DNA of 56,171 nt from an uncultured Rhodospirillaceae bacterium. Lineage in GTDB: Bacteria > Pseudomonadota > Alphaproteobacteria > GCA-2731375. The notes under the pieces were generated by a model that was not told where the DNA came from, made no database searches, and was given only the letters and a program-made list of their open reading frames with translations. Both the position numbers and the translations under genes were made by a program. The stretch covers positions 1-56,171 of the forward strand of contig CAYWYB010000001.1 in NCBI GenBank assembly GCA_964462145.1, read 5' to 3'. This document shows positions 9,659-19,704 of this stretch, one piece after another; position 1 is the first letter of the stretch, and every line of letters starts with the position of its first letter.

Positions 9659-10021
9659 GTGGCAAAAATCCTGGTAGCAGAGGATGAAGATTCAGTCCGC
9701 GACCTTGTGGCGCGGGTTCTGAAGCTGCACGACCACGAGGTCAAGGCCGTGATCGACGGCTCCGCCGCGCTGGAGGCGCTGAGCCAGGATGATTATGATC
9801 TGCTGTTGACCGACATCGTGATGCCCTATGTGGACGGCATCGCCCTGGCGCTGAAGGCTTCCGCCGAATATCCCGGTATGCGGATTCTGATGATGACCGG
9901 CTTTTCGGATCAAAAACGCCGGGCCCATAACCTTGATGTCTTGATCCACGATGTTTTGTTGAAGCCATTTTCCATTGATGAACTGGCCCGGGCCGTGGAG
10001 CAGACCCTCAACGCGGAATAA
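9659..10021 (+). CDS. cpdR: Single-domain response regulator, CpdR-like
   Basis: 120-aa receiver domain with a GTG start. LLLTDIVMPYVDGIALALKAS...RILMMTGF...LLKPF closely resembles alphaproteobacterial CpdR as I remember it. Confidence 0.7.
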   Translation: MAKILVAEDEDSVRDLVARVLKLHDHEVKAVIDGSAALEALSQDDYDLLLTDIVMPYVDGIALALKASAEYPGMRILMMTGFSDQKRRAHNLDVLIHDVLLKPFSIDELARAVEQTLNAE

Positions 10022-10039
10022 CTAGCCAGTTCGGACCGA

Positions 10040-11128
10040 TTATTTTATGGCGTAGTCCCGCAGAATCTCCGGTTTGAAGACAAGACCATGCCCTGGCCGG
10101 TTCGGCGGGCGCAGCATGTTGCCCTCGGGCAGCACCGGTTCGACCCAGACATCGTCGAGGAAATCAAGATATTCCAGGACATCCGGGTTCGGAATAGCGG
10201 CCATGACCTGCACCATCAATTCGTGAAACAGATGCGGCGCGATGCGGATACCCTTGGCATGCGCCAGGGTAGCGATCCGGCGCAGCTGGGTCAGGCCGCC
10301 GCGCATCATGTCGGGCTGCAGGATTGGAATTTTCGGGTTCTCGAAAAACGGCGCCATATCATAATGGGTAAAATGGCTTTCACCCCCGACCACGCGGGTT
10401 TTCAGCGCATCGGCAATTCGGAAATAGCCGTCGAAATCCTCGGCCACCACCGGTTCCTCCAGCCAGTGAATGTTGTAGTCGTCCAGCCGGCGACCGACTT
10501 CGATGGCCTCATCCGCAGTCCAGCCCATGTTGACATCAACCATGATCGCCACGCCGTCGCCCAAGGCATCCCGCATGGCAGCCACATTGGCGACATCGGT
10601 GTCATGGTCGTACATATGGCCGGTCTGCATTTTGATGGCGTTGAAGCCTTTGGCGACATAGGTCTGGGCCTTTTCGATCATGCCCTCACGGCCCAGTCCG
10701 CGCCAACAGCCCGAGCCGTAGGAGGCGATGGCGCGGTCATCCTGGGCCCCGCCCCACAGCTGATACAGCGGCAGTCCGGCCTGCTTGCCCAGGGCATCCC
10801 ACAGGGCGATGTCGATGGCCGATTGGGCGAAAACACTGACCCCCATGCGGCCAACCCAATAGGTCGCCTGCCAGATATCCTGCCAGATCGCCTCCACCGC
10901 CGCGATGTTGCGTCCCAACACCACCGGCGCCACCAGTTCCTCGATACAGGCCTGGATGGTCCGCAACCCGCCCGATAGCACCATCAGATAACCCATGCCC
11001 GTGATGCCCGAGGCGGTCTCGATCTCCACCACCAAAATCTCCCGCGGCCGGTTGTAATCGGCGCTCCACCGGGGCGGATCGGTAAAGGGAATGGAAAGCG
11101 CGGTGGTACGGATGTCCTTGACGATCAT
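10040..11128 (-). CDS. Enolase-superfamily enzyme (mandelate racemase/muconate lactonizing enzyme family)
   Basis: 362 aa with metal-ligand motifs typical of MR/MLE (MVDVNMGW, LEEP, GGES) and a KMQTG segment. Confidence 0.85.
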   Translation of the reverse strand: MIVKDIRTTALSIPFTDPPRWSADYNRPREILVVEIETASGITGMGYLMVLSGGLRTIQACIEELVAPVVLGRNIAAVEAIWQDIWQATYWVGRMGVSVFAQSAIDIALWDALGKQAGLPLYQLWGGAQDDRAIASYGSGCWRGLGREGMIEKAQTYVAKGFNAIKMQTGHMYDHDTDVANVAAMRDALGDGVAIMVDVNMGWTADEAIEVGRRLDDYNIHWLEEPVVAEDFDGYFRIADALKTRVVGGESHFTHYDMAPFFENPKIPILQPDMMRGGLTQLRRIATLAHAKGIRIAPHLFHELMVQVMAAIPNPDVLEYLDFLDDVWVEPVLPEGNMLRPPNRPGHGLVFKPEILRDYAIK

Positions 11129-11374
11129 GGAGTCTAATTCCTTTCCTGGGACGCCTGTGGGTAAGTGCCGGCCCGTGGCCTGTGAGTTGCCTTAATAGCG
11201 GGGAACGATGCTCTATGTTATTGCTCAAGCGGCGCTTCGCAAAGCCTTCATTGAGAGTATGAATTGTGGACGATTTATCTTGATGAAGTTGCGTAAGCTA
11301 TTGAATTTACGTGTAATTTCCAGTAACCTTCGCCATTGGGCAATATCACCAAGCATTACCAGGGGCGCCAAGGG

Positions 11375-12535
11375 ATGAGTATAGCAGCCATGGATCAGGG
11401 CGGTCAGGCGACATCATCTGGAAGCTCCGGCATGGGCATTCTACCGTGTCAGGCGATCTCCGCGTTGTGGCGGGATGGCGAGATCACCGCCGCACAGCCC
11501 TTGCTGGATGGGCAGATTCAACCCTCCAGCCTGGATCTGCGCCTGGGCGAAGTAGCCTATCGGGTCCGCGCCTCGTTCCTGCCGGGCCCGGGCAATGAGA
11601 TGGCGCCGAAAATAGAAAGCTTCACCATGCATGCGGTTGATTTGACCAAGGGCGCTGTGTTGGAGCGGGGCTGCGTCTATATTGTGCCGCTGCTGGAACG
11701 CCTGGCCTTGTCCGAGCGCCTATCGGCCATCGCCAATCCGAAAAGCTCCACCGGGCGGCTGGATGTCTTCACCCGTCTGATCACGGACGGGGCCAGTGAA
11801 TTCGACCGGGTTGAGGCCGGCTACCACGGCCCGTTGTATGCCGAAATCGCGCCGCGTACCTTTTCGATCCTGGCGCGCACGGGGGGACGGTTGAACCAGT
11901 TGCGCCTGCGCCGCGGCGCCCAGCGCCTGTCGGACGCGGAATTAAGCCGCCTGCATCAACGTTCGCCATTAGTTTACAGCGGCACGGAAGAGGGCAGCGT
12001 GGAAAATATCGCCGGCGGCATTGCCCTGACGGTTGATTTGCAAGGCACCGGTGACGATGGCTTGATCGGTTATAAGGCCCGTCCGCACGCGCCCTTGATC
12101 GATATTGAAAAAATCGCCCATTACGATCCGGCCGATTTCTGGGAGCCCATATATGCGGGCACGGGTACGGCATCGGGCCTGATCCTGAACCCGGACGACT
12201 TCTATATTCTGGTCAGCCGGGAAGCGGTTTCGGTGCCCCCGGAATATGCGGCGGAAATGGTTGCCTATGACACTTTGGTTGGCGAGTTTCGCGTCCATTA
12301 TGCGGGCTTTTTCGACCCTGGTTTCGGCTGGGCGGAAGCCGGCGGGGCGGGCAGCCGCGCGGTACTCGAGGTGCGCAGCCATGATGTACCGTTCCTGTTG
12401 GAACATGGCCAGACTGTGGGCCGCCTGGTCTATGAGCGGCACACTTCGACGCCGGACCAAATCTATGGTCAGGGCATCGGCTCCAACTACCAGAAACAGG
12501 CCCTTGCACTGGCCAAGCAATTCCGCCGCGGCTAG
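11375..12535 (+). CDS. dcd: 2'-deoxycytidine 5'-triphosphate deaminase (long DCD family)
   Basis: The segment GILPCQAISALWRDGEI...IQPSSLDLRLGEVAYRV is typical of the roughly 365-aa alphaproteobacterial DCD family. The start is uncertain: TTG at 11336, ATG at 11375 or ATG at 11432. Confidence 0.8.
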   Translation: MSIAAMDQGGQATSSGSSGMGILPCQAISALWRDGEITAAQPLLDGQIQPSSLDLRLGEVAYRVRASFLPGPGNEMAPKIESFTMHAVDLTKGAVLERGCVYIVPLLERLALSERLSAIANPKSSTGRLDVFTRLITDGASEFDRVEAGYHGPLYAEIAPRTFSILARTGGRLNQLRLRRGAQRLSDAELSRLHQRSPLVYSGTEEGSVENIAGGIALTVDLQGTGDDGLIGYKARPHAPLIDIEKIAHYDPADFWEPIYAGTGTASGLILNPDDFYILVSREAVSVPPEYAAEMVAYDTLVGEFRVHYAGFFDPGFGWAEAGGAGSRAVLEVRSHDVPFLLEHGQTVGRLVYERHTSTPDQIYGQGIGSNYQKQALALAKQFRRG

Positions 12536-14442
12536 CGCGTTTCCGCCGCCGGCAGATAGATCGTGACCGTGGTGCCATGGCCAACCTGGCTGCTAATAGT
12601 GACGCCGCCCTGTGATTGTTCGGCGAAACCGAAAACCATGCTCAGGCCCAGGCCGCTGCCTTTGCCAATCTCTTTGGTGGTGTAGAAAGGCTCGAAAACC
12701 CGCTTCAAGGTATCAGCGGGAATGCCGATGCCGTCATCAATGACCGACAGCGCAACATAAACGCCAGGCGGAAGTTCGGGCAGGTCAGCTATTTGTCTTT
12801 GCGCTATTTCGCAATTCATCGCCGCGATTTTTAGGCTGCCGCCTTCGGGCATGGCGTCGCGGCCATTGATCATCAGGTTTAACAAGGCATTTTCAAGCTG
12901 CGCCGCGTCGACTATCGCGGGCCACAGGCCGGTAGCGGCGGTTGTTTCGATACTGATCGAGGGGTCAACCAGCCGCTCGGCCAGATTCTTGATGTCATGC
13001 ATCGCCTGAACGATATCGGTGACACCGGGAGAAACCGTCTGCTGCCGGGAGAATGACAACAACCGGTCGGTCAATTCGGCGCCCCGGTTGGTGGCGCGCA
13101 TGGCAACATCCAGCATTTCCTTGGCCGGCCCATCCAGATCGGGATTGAGGTTTAACAGTTCCAGGCTGCCCAGAATGGCGGTCAGAAGATTGTTGAAATC
13201 ATGGGCCACCCCGCCGGTCAACAGGCCGACAGCTTCCAGGCGTTGATGTTGCCTGAGTTTTTCGTCCTGCAATTTTCGGTCGGTGATATCGCGAAGCACG
13301 ACGGTCATTTCCAGATTATCGGTAAAATGCAGTTTGGAGATTGAGGCTTCCGCCGGGAACTCGCTGCCGTCACGGCGAAGGCCGGTAATTTCTCCACGCT
13401 CGCGCATCAGGCGCTGCTCGTCGGCAGAGGTCAGGAAACCGTCAATATGGCCGCCATGGCTGGGCCGGAACCTTTCGGGTATCAGGGTTTCCACATGCGC
13501 GCCGATGATTTCGTCGCAGCGATAGCCAAAAATCTGCTCGGCGCTGCGATTGAACATGGTGATGGTCATGTCGCTGTTGACGAAGATGATGGCCTCGTGG
13601 GCGCTTTCAACCAAGCGGTTGAGGCGGTCTTCGGTATGGCGCCGCGCCTCTTCCGCCGCCACCCTATCGGTAATGTCCTGCACGACGCCGATTATGCGGC
13701 TGCTCCCGCCGTCCTTGTGATGCTCTATTTCCGCTGTCTCGAGCACCACACGCAGCATGCCGTCGGGACGAATAATACGGTGGGTCACCTGGTACCGCTC
13801 GCCAGACCGCTGCACCGCGTCAAATACCTCATTGAGCGCGCTCAGATCGTCCGGGTGAATAAAACTGCGAAATTCAGCCGTCGTTACGCCGTTTCGATCC
13901 GCATCAAGGCCGAATATGGCGGCGGTCTGCGCGGACCAACTGATCCAGTCGGTATCCAGGTCTCTTTCCCAACTGCCAATGTTTCCCAGGCGCTGCGCCC
14001 GGGCCAAATTAGACTCCCTGAGCGACAGGGACTTAATCGCCTGACGGTCTTCGGTAACATCCTCCATCAGGGCAAAAAAGCCGATGACGTCGCCATTCTG
14101 CAAACGATGGGGAATGTATTGTACCTGCAGGATATAGCCGCCATCGTTCGATTGATAATCGAGCTCGAAATTGGCGCTCTCACCGGCCAGGGCCGCCGCG
14201 ATCCAGGGCGCGACCCGTTGATAAATTTCAGGCTGCAGGATGTCCCGCACTTTTGCCCCAATGAATGCCGAGCGTGGTTTGGAGAAGCGCGCCTCGAATG
14301 CCTGGTTGACGAATTGGTAGCGCTCGTCCCGGTCGATATAGGCGATCAAGGCGGGCAAATTGTCCGTGACCAGACGCAGCCCTTCCGCATCAAACAGCGC
14401 GCTGGCTGGTCGCGGCATATTGGGCGGCGTCTCTGAATCCAT
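12532..14442 (-). CDS. Cytoplasmic multi-PAS sensor histidine kinase
   Basis: 636 aa with no TM segments, three PAS-like segments, an H-box (GGVAHDFNNLLTAILG) and HATPase N/G boxes (NLMINGRDAM, DDGIGI, GSGLGLS). Confidence 0.9.
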   Translation of the reverse strand: MDSETPPNMPRPASALFDAEGLRLVTDNLPALIAYIDRDERYQFVNQAFEARFSKPRSAFIGAKVRDILQPEIYQRVAPWIAAALAGESANFELDYQSNDGGYILQVQYIPHRLQNGDVIGFFALMEDVTEDRQAIKSLSLRESNLARAQRLGNIGSWERDLDTDWISWSAQTAAIFGLDADRNGVTTAEFRSFIHPDDLSALNEVFDAVQRSGERYQVTHRIIRPDGMLRVVLETAEIEHHKDGGSSRIIGVVQDITDRVAAEEARRHTEDRLNRLVESAHEAIIFVNSDMTITMFNRSAEQIFGYRCDEIIGAHVETLIPERFRPSHGGHIDGFLTSADEQRLMRERGEITGLRRDGSEFPAEASISKLHFTDNLEMTVVLRDITDRKLQDEKLRQHQRLEAVGLLTGGVAHDFNNLLTAILGSLELLNLNPDLDGPAKEMLDVAMRATNRGAELTDRLLSFSRQQTVSPGVTDIVQAMHDIKNLAERLVDPSISIETTAATGLWPAIVDAAQLENALLNLMINGRDAMPEGGSLKIAAMNCEIAQRQIADLPELPPGVYVALSVIDDGIGIPADTLKRVFEPFYTTKEIGKGSGLGLSMVFGFAEQSQGGVTISSQVGHGTTVTIYLPAAETR

Positions 14443-14562
14443 GACGCATGTATGCAGAATTTTTTGAATTATTCCAAATTAATTCGATTTGGACTCGACG
14501 ATAAAATCTAAATCCGCAATAACGGGCCGGAGACTCTTTCTTTCACTGGTAAATGCGTAGCG

Positions 14563-14952
14563 ATGAATACAGCGACTGCAAATTCACGGATTCGAATCCT
14601 GGTCATTGATGATGACGAACTGGTTAGGAAAACGATCGTCATGACCCTGCGGTCGGCCGAGTACGAGGTTGCCGAGGCGAGCGATGGCTTGCTTGGCTTG
14701 AAAGCGGCGGCCCAGGCGCCGTTTGATCTGGTTATTACGGACATTTTGATGCCGAACAAGGAAGGCATTGAAACCATGCGGGAATTGCGCCGGCAAGAAA
14801 GCGGTTTGAAAATTATCGCCATTTCAGGCGGTGACCGCAGGGGCGGCAACTTCCTCGAAATGGCCAAGAAGCTGGGTGCCGATAAAACACTCAGCAAACC
14901 GTTTCGCCCGCAAGAGCTGCTCGCCGATGTGGCGGAGGTTCTGGCCCGATAG
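14563..14952 (+). CDS. Single-domain response regulator (CheY-like receiver)
   Basis: 129 aa with the receiver signature (ILVIDDD...LVITDILMP...SKPF). It is divergent from the PAS kinase gene. Confidence 0.9.
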   Translation: MNTATANSRIRILVIDDDELVRKTIVMTLRSAEYEVAEASDGLLGLKAAAQAPFDLVITDILMPNKEGIETMRELRRQESGLKIIAISGGDRRGGNFLEMAKKLGADKTLSKPFRPQELLADVAEVLAR

Positions 14953-14979
14953 AAGGCCCGTTCCCATTTAATCCGCCTC

Positions 14980-15003
14980 GGCGCCGTCATAACCGGCGCC
15001 TTT
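14980..15003 (+). terminator. Weak intrinsic-terminator-like hairpin after the receiver gene
   Basis: GGCGCCG-tcataac-CGGCGCC forms a 7-bp stem, followed by only TTT. Confidence 0.3.
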
Positions 15004-15087
15004 CAACTCAGCGCCTCTAACCTATTGCCGATGCGGGCTGGTTCGTTCAGTCTAGGACCAATATTCAAAATGGGGAGAAACGGGGCT

Positions 15088-15837
15088 ATGCGGGAATTCG
15101 AAACAGAGATCGGGACGGCTGATGGCAATATGGACGTCTTTGTCTGCCATCCGGAGCAGGACGGACCGCACCCGGCGGTCATTGTCTATATGGATGCCCC
15201 GGGGATGCGCGAGGAGTTGCGCGATATGGCGCGCCGGATCGCCACGGTCGGCTACACGGTGGTGCTGCCGAACATGTACTACCGCACGGGGCGCGAGGGG
15301 CATTACGGCTATGATCTGTCGCGCATCCGGGAGGACGATGGTGAACGGGCCAAGATGTTCGACGTCATGAACACCTTGACCAATGCCAGGGTGGTGGATG
15401 ACACCAAGGACCTGTTGACCTTCATCGATCAGTGCGATGCCGCCAGCCCGGGCATTGTGGGCTGTGTCGGCTATTGCATGAGCGGGCAGTTCGTGATGTC
15501 CGTCGGCGCGGCGTATCCTGATCGTTTCGATGCCATTGCTTCCTACCATGGGGTCAAGATCATAACGGATCAGGCCGATTCACCGCATCTGACCGCCGAT
15601 AAGATTCGGGGCGAGGTTTATCTGGGCTTTGCCTCCGATGATCCGTTCGTGCCGGAAGAGGAACTGGCCGCCATGCCCGGTGCCATGCAGGCGGCCGGGA
15701 TCAAGCATACCATCGAAATCTATCCCGAGACCGAACATGGCTTTGTCTTTGCTGAACGTCCGGTCTACAAGAAACCTGCGTCGGAGCGTCATTGGGAAAC
15801 CATGCTGGCCCTGTTCGACCGCCGCCTACGCGCCTGA
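15088..15837 (+). CDS. Dienelactone hydrolase family protein
   Basis: It has a DLH-like alpha/beta hydrolase layout with the nucleophile motif GYCMSG and a C-terminal HGF. The ATG at 15088 has a GGAGA Shine-Dalgarno upstream. Confidence 0.8.
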   Translation: MREFETEIGTADGNMDVFVCHPEQDGPHPAVIVYMDAPGMREELRDMARRIATVGYTVVLPNMYYRTGREGHYGYDLSRIREDDGERAKMFDVMNTLTNARVVDDTKDLLTFIDQCDAASPGIVGCVGYCMSGQFVMSVGAAYPDRFDAIASYHGVKIITDQADSPHLTADKIRGEVYLGFASDDPFVPEEELAAMPGAMQAAGIKHTIEIYPETEHGFVFAERPVYKKPASERHWETMLALFDRRLRA

Positions 15838-15877
15838 AGCCATTTTTCGCGCCTAATCATGTTGTGGAGTATTCGCC

Positions 15878-17032
15878 GTGAGCACGCCTGAGCCCAGCAC
15901 CCGAAAAAAAATTCTCTACGCGCTACTAACGGCCTTCGCGGCGCTGTTCTTCGTGGCCGCGGTGGGTGAGTTCGTGTTGCGGCAACAACGGGTGGCGATC
16001 GGGGAAAGTGAAAAGCTGAGTAAAGGACTATTCGCTTATGATTCCCGACTGGGCTGGCGGCTGCAGGAAAATTGGGGCGGCAAGCACCGTCACCATGATT
16101 TCGCCTTCACCTATCAAACGGGCCCGGATGGTTTTCGCGGGCGCTTTCGCCCAGCCGCCGAACGTGCGGGCTCCGGCGCCATCGCGTTCTTCGGCGACAG
16201 TTTCACCTTTGGTTTCGGCGCCGGGCAGGGGGCGACATTCGTTGCGCTATTGGATGAAGCGGATGGGCAGCGTGCCTATCTGAATTTCGGCATTCCGGGC
16301 TTCGCCACCGATCAGGCGGTCCTGCTGATTGAGGAGATCATGCCTGCGCGGCGGCCGGGAACTGTCATAATGGTGGTTCATCTGGGCGATGATCTGGCCG
16401 ACAACATGCGCCTCTACCCTCTGCGGCTGGATAATGGCAAGCCGATGTTCGAGCTGTCGGCGAAAGACCTGATACTGCGGAATGTACCGGTCTCGCGAGA
16501 TCGCAAACCGGTCTCGGAAGAGGGTGTCGATCTGGAAAAGATCATTCTGGCCGGCTCCGGCGTGCGCCCGGGCTTTTGGAAGGGTCTGCTGGGTGGTTCG
16601 GAGACCACGCGGCGTCTTGGCTTGGAGGAATCGGCCAAGATTGATCTGAGCGATCATTTGCAGCGCAGCCAGGCCCAGCCTCTGGCCTTGTTTCAAGCTC
16701 TGGCGCTACGCGCCAAAGCCGCCGCTGACGGCCAAGGGGCCGGTTTCGGCCTGCTGTTGCTGCCCGGCCGCGGCTTTGTCCAGAACCCGGACGGCGTCGT
16801 GGCCCAATATCAGGAGCATTTGCGCGGCGCCATCGTCGCCTGGGGCGCCGAAATGGCACTGCCGGTGGCCGACGCGGCAACGGATCTGCGCCGCCGCTTC
16901 CAGGACGGCATCTTTGGCGACTACTATCAGAACGAAGGGCATCTGACCCCTCAGGGCCATCGGGCGGTGGCGGATTTTCTGGCGCCCTGGATCAAAGCCC
17001 GGTTCGGACGGAGCGGTAAATCCGGCAAGTAA
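15878..17032 (+). CDS. Membrane-anchored SGNH/GDSL-type hydrolase family protein
   Basis: GTG start with an N-terminal TM anchor and a block I motif FFGDSFTFGFG. The C-terminal GHLTPQGH is consistent with the SGNH block V His. Confidence 0.65.
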   Translation: MSTPEPSTRKKILYALLTAFAALFFVAAVGEFVLRQQRVAIGESEKLSKGLFAYDSRLGWRLQENWGGKHRHHDFAFTYQTGPDGFRGRFRPAAERAGSGAIAFFGDSFTFGFGAGQGATFVALLDEADGQRAYLNFGIPGFATDQAVLLIEEIMPARRPGTVIMVVHLGDDLADNMRLYPLRLDNGKPMFELSAKDLILRNVPVSRDRKPVSEEGVDLEKIILAGSGVRPGFWKGLLGGSETTRRLGLEESAKIDLSDHLQRSQAQPLALFQALALRAKAAADGQGAGFGLLLLPGRGFVQNPDGVVAQYQEHLRGAIVAWGAEMALPVADAATDLRRRFQDGIFGDYYQNEGHLTPQGHRAVADFLAPWIKARFGRSGKSGK

Positions 17033-17059
17033 TCTGGTTCAGATTGGACCGGAGGTGGT

Positions 17060-18094
17060 CTAGCTGGTGAGGGGTCGGCGCACGGTTTCTTCGTTGAAGG
17101 CACCGGTGGATGGCAGGAATTTAACCATGCGCGAGCCGGTCTCGCCAAAACGGTTCTTGCGCAAATTCAGTGAAATAGAGCGGCTCTTGGTGATCAATTC
17201 GTCCGGGTGGGTATAGCTGCCCTGACTGGCCGGCCGTTCAACATTGACCAGGAATGTGATGCTGTCGGCGGAATATTCCAGATCCGAGGTGCCTTCCAGG
17301 CTGGTCAATATCGCTTCGCCCTGATGAATGCGATTCTGCGAAGATACCGCAAGAACGGGGCTGTCCAGAGATAACGCCAGGCGCCGCATGGCGGTCATCA
17401 GCTTGGCTATTTCGTGGCGGAACTCGGTGAATTGCCGGCTGCCGGCGGCCCAGATTTGTAAGTAATCGACGATCACCAGGACCCGGTCCCGTTCGCTGGC
17501 GGCAATCAACTGGCGGGCAATTTCCTCGGCTTTTTCATCTGGCAACTCCGGGTCCGCCTCGACCACCGTAATGCGGGAAAAGATTTCCGCCTGACTTTCC
17601 ATGGCCGCGTTCAGCACACTGTCTTCCAGTACTCCATCCATGACCTTGCGGCAGTCCAGATCAGTTTGTTGGCATAACAGCCGCATGACCAGGAACTCGG
17701 AATGTACATCGAAGCTCAAATACATTACGGGAAATCCCGCCCGCGCCGCGGCGGCGGCATTGGCTAGCGTAAAGGCGGTCTTGCCGCTGCCCGGTTCTCC
17801 CGCCAGCAGATGCAGCCCGGCGCGCCAACCGCCCATGTTCTGGTTGAGAAAATGAAAGGCCGAGGGGACCACTTCGGCGGCGGCGGCGGCGCCGTATTCG
17901 CGTTTCAGATCCTGCAAATAGTCGCCAGCTGTCGCCAGTCTTGCCTGTGGCTCCGCAAATTCCTTTAGGGACGTATTTTTACTCCCACCCGCCGACTTCG
18001 CCGGGGTTTTGTCCGATGCCGGACCGGCCGACGCATCCGACTGCGTCAGACCTTGGCCGGTGGCCTCTGGTTGCGGTTTCACAGGTTCGTTCAT
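17060..18094 (-). CDS. DnaB-like helicase C-terminal-domain (RecA-fold) ATPase lacking the DnaB N-terminal domain
   Basis: It has Walker A (GEPGSGKTAF), Walker B (LVIVDYLQIW), a SQNR motif and KNRFGETG, all collinear with DnaB_C. The first 60 or so residues are low-complexity. An AGGAG Shine-Dalgarno overlaps the tldD stop codon. Confidence 0.75.
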   Translation of the reverse strand: MNEPVKPQPEATGQGLTQSDASAGPASDKTPAKSAGGSKNTSLKEFAEPQARLATAGDYLQDLKREYGAAAAAEVVPSAFHFLNQNMGGWRAGLHLLAGEPGSGKTAFTLANAAAAARAGFPVMYLSFDVHSEFLVMRLLCQQTDLDCRKVMDGVLEDSVLNAAMESQAEIFSRITVVEADPELPDEKAEEIARQLIAASERDRVLVIVDYLQIWAAGSRQFTEFRHEIAKLMTAMRRLALSLDSPVLAVSSQNRIHQGEAILTSLEGTSDLEYSADSITFLVNVERPASQGSYTHPDELITKSRSISLNLRKNRFGETGSRMVKFLPSTGAFNEETVRRPLTS

Positions 18095-18105
18095 GAACGA
18101 AGCTC

Positions 18106-19608
18106 CTAGACCGCCGTGCCGCCGACAGTCAGACCGTTGATCAGCAGTGTCGGCTGACCAACGCCAACCGGCACGCCCTGGCCGCTTTTGCCGCAGGTGC
18201 CGACGCCGGTGTCCAGCGCCAGATCATTGCCGATGCCGCCCACCTTGGTCAGCACGTCCGGGCCATTGCCGATCAGGGTCGCGCCTTTCACGGGCGCGCC
18301 GATTTTGCCGCTTTGGACCTGATAGGCTTCGGTGCAGCTGAAGACGAATTTGCCGGAGGTGATATCCACCTGGCCACCGCCGAAATTGACCGCGTAGATC
18401 CCGTTCTTGACGCTGGCCAGAATTTCCCCAGGATCCTGATCGCCGGGGCGCATGAAGGTATTGGTCATCCGCGGCATAGGCATATGCGCGAATGATTGCC
18501 GCCGGCCATTGCCGGTCGCCGCCATGCCCATCAATCGGGCGTTCAGACGATCCTGCATATAGCCCTTTAGAATGCCGTCCTCGATCAAGGTGGTGCATTC
18601 CGTCGGCGTGCCTTCGTCGTCGATCGAGAGCGAGCCGCGCCGGCCGTCAATACTGCCGTCATCGACCACCGTTACGCCGGGGCTGGCCACCCTCTCGCCC
18701 AACAGCCCGGCAAAGGCCGAGGTCTGTTTCCGGTTGAAGTCGCCTTCCAGGCCATGGCCGATCGCCTCGTGCAGCAGAATGCCGGGCCAGCCGGGGCCCA
18801 ACACCACCTGCATCTCGCCCGCCGGCGCGGGCACCGACGATAGGTTGACCTCGGCCTGGCGCATGGCTTCGTCAACCTGCGCCTGCCAGTTCGCCGTTTC
18901 GATATAGCGGGCAAAGCCGATGCGGTCGCCAACCCCATGGCTGCCGCTTTCCTGACGGTCCCCCTCGCCCAGCACGACGGCAACATTCAGACGTACCAAG
19001 GGCCGGATATCGCGGATCCGCCGGCCGTCGGCGCGCATGATCTCCACCGCCTGCCATTGTCCATGCAGGGATACGGTAACCTGGCGCACCCTGGCATCAC
19101 GGCCGCGGGCATAGCTGTCAACCTCGCCCAAAAGCTGAACCTTGTCGGCGAATGAGACCTCGCCCAGAGGATTATTATCGGGATAAAGATTTTGATTGGT
19201 TGCCAGGGGCGCCTCGCTCATGCTGCCGCCATGTCCCGCGCGGACTGCTTGTACCGCGCCGCCGGCCCTGGCGATCGCCGCCTCGTTCAGCTCGGATGCA
19301 TGGGCATAACCTGTCTGCTCGCCCGCCACCGCGCGCAGGCCAAAGCCCTGATTGGTATCGAAGTTAGCCGACTTTATCCGGCCGTCATCCAGCACCAGGC
19401 TTTCGCTCTGGCTGTATTCCATGAACAATTCGCCATCATCGCAGCCCCGCAGGGCATCGCCGACAATGTTCTGTACCCGGCCTTCATCCAGGCCGGCCCG
19501 CTCGAACAACAAAGCTGCATCGGGGGCATCGCGGTCGTCGCCAACGCCGCTGCCTGCAATTTTACCCGCGTTATCGGGGGATTCGCTGCTGGATTTCGAT
19601 TCGCTCAT
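18106..19608 (-). CDS. tldD: Metalloprotease TldD
   Basis: 500 aa with the HEAIGHGLEGDF zinc motif and a TldD/PmbA C-terminal domain (GNG..., FGGGQVDITSGKFVF). Confidence 0.92.
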   Translation of the reverse strand: MSESKSSSESPDNAGKIAGSGVGDDRDAPDAALLFERAGLDEGRVQNIVGDALRGCDDGELFMEYSQSESLVLDDGRIKSANFDTNQGFGLRAVAGEQTGYAHASELNEAAIARAGGAVQAVRAGHGGSMSEAPLATNQNLYPDNNPLGEVSFADKVQLLGEVDSYARGRDARVRQVTVSLHGQWQAVEIMRADGRRIRDIRPLVRLNVAVVLGEGDRQESGSHGVGDRIGFARYIETANWQAQVDEAMRQAEVNLSSVPAPAGEMQVVLGPGWPGILLHEAIGHGLEGDFNRKQTSAFAGLLGERVASPGVTVVDDGSIDGRRGSLSIDDEGTPTECTTLIEDGILKGYMQDRLNARLMGMAATGNGRRQSFAHMPMPRMTNTFMRPGDQDPGEILASVKNGIYAVNFGGGQVDITSGKFVFSCTEAYQVQSGKIGAPVKGATLIGNGPDVLTKVGGIGNDLALDTGVGTCGKSGQGVPVGVGQPTLLINGLTVGGTAV

Positions 19609-19704
19609 GATTCCATTTGCTCAATTTAGGCGTTAGCCTACCATTAGTTACCACCAATGGTTAACGCACCGTTATAAAACAAAAATTATGAAGCGATTAT
19701 GACA

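Noticed and set aside
14463-14476. TTGAATTATTCCAA, in the spacer between the PAS kinase and receiver genes, as a second FNR/FixK box.
   Set aside because: One half-site deviates (CCAA rather than TCAA), and the motif lies in a generally AT-rich stretch. This is not enough to call a site without a genome-specific matrix.
19640-19667. A CtrA-type TTAA-N7-TTAA box near the tldD promoter (GTTACCACCAATGGTTAAC).
   Set aside because: The spacing between the TTAC and TTAA elements is 9 rather than 7, and one half-site is mismatched.
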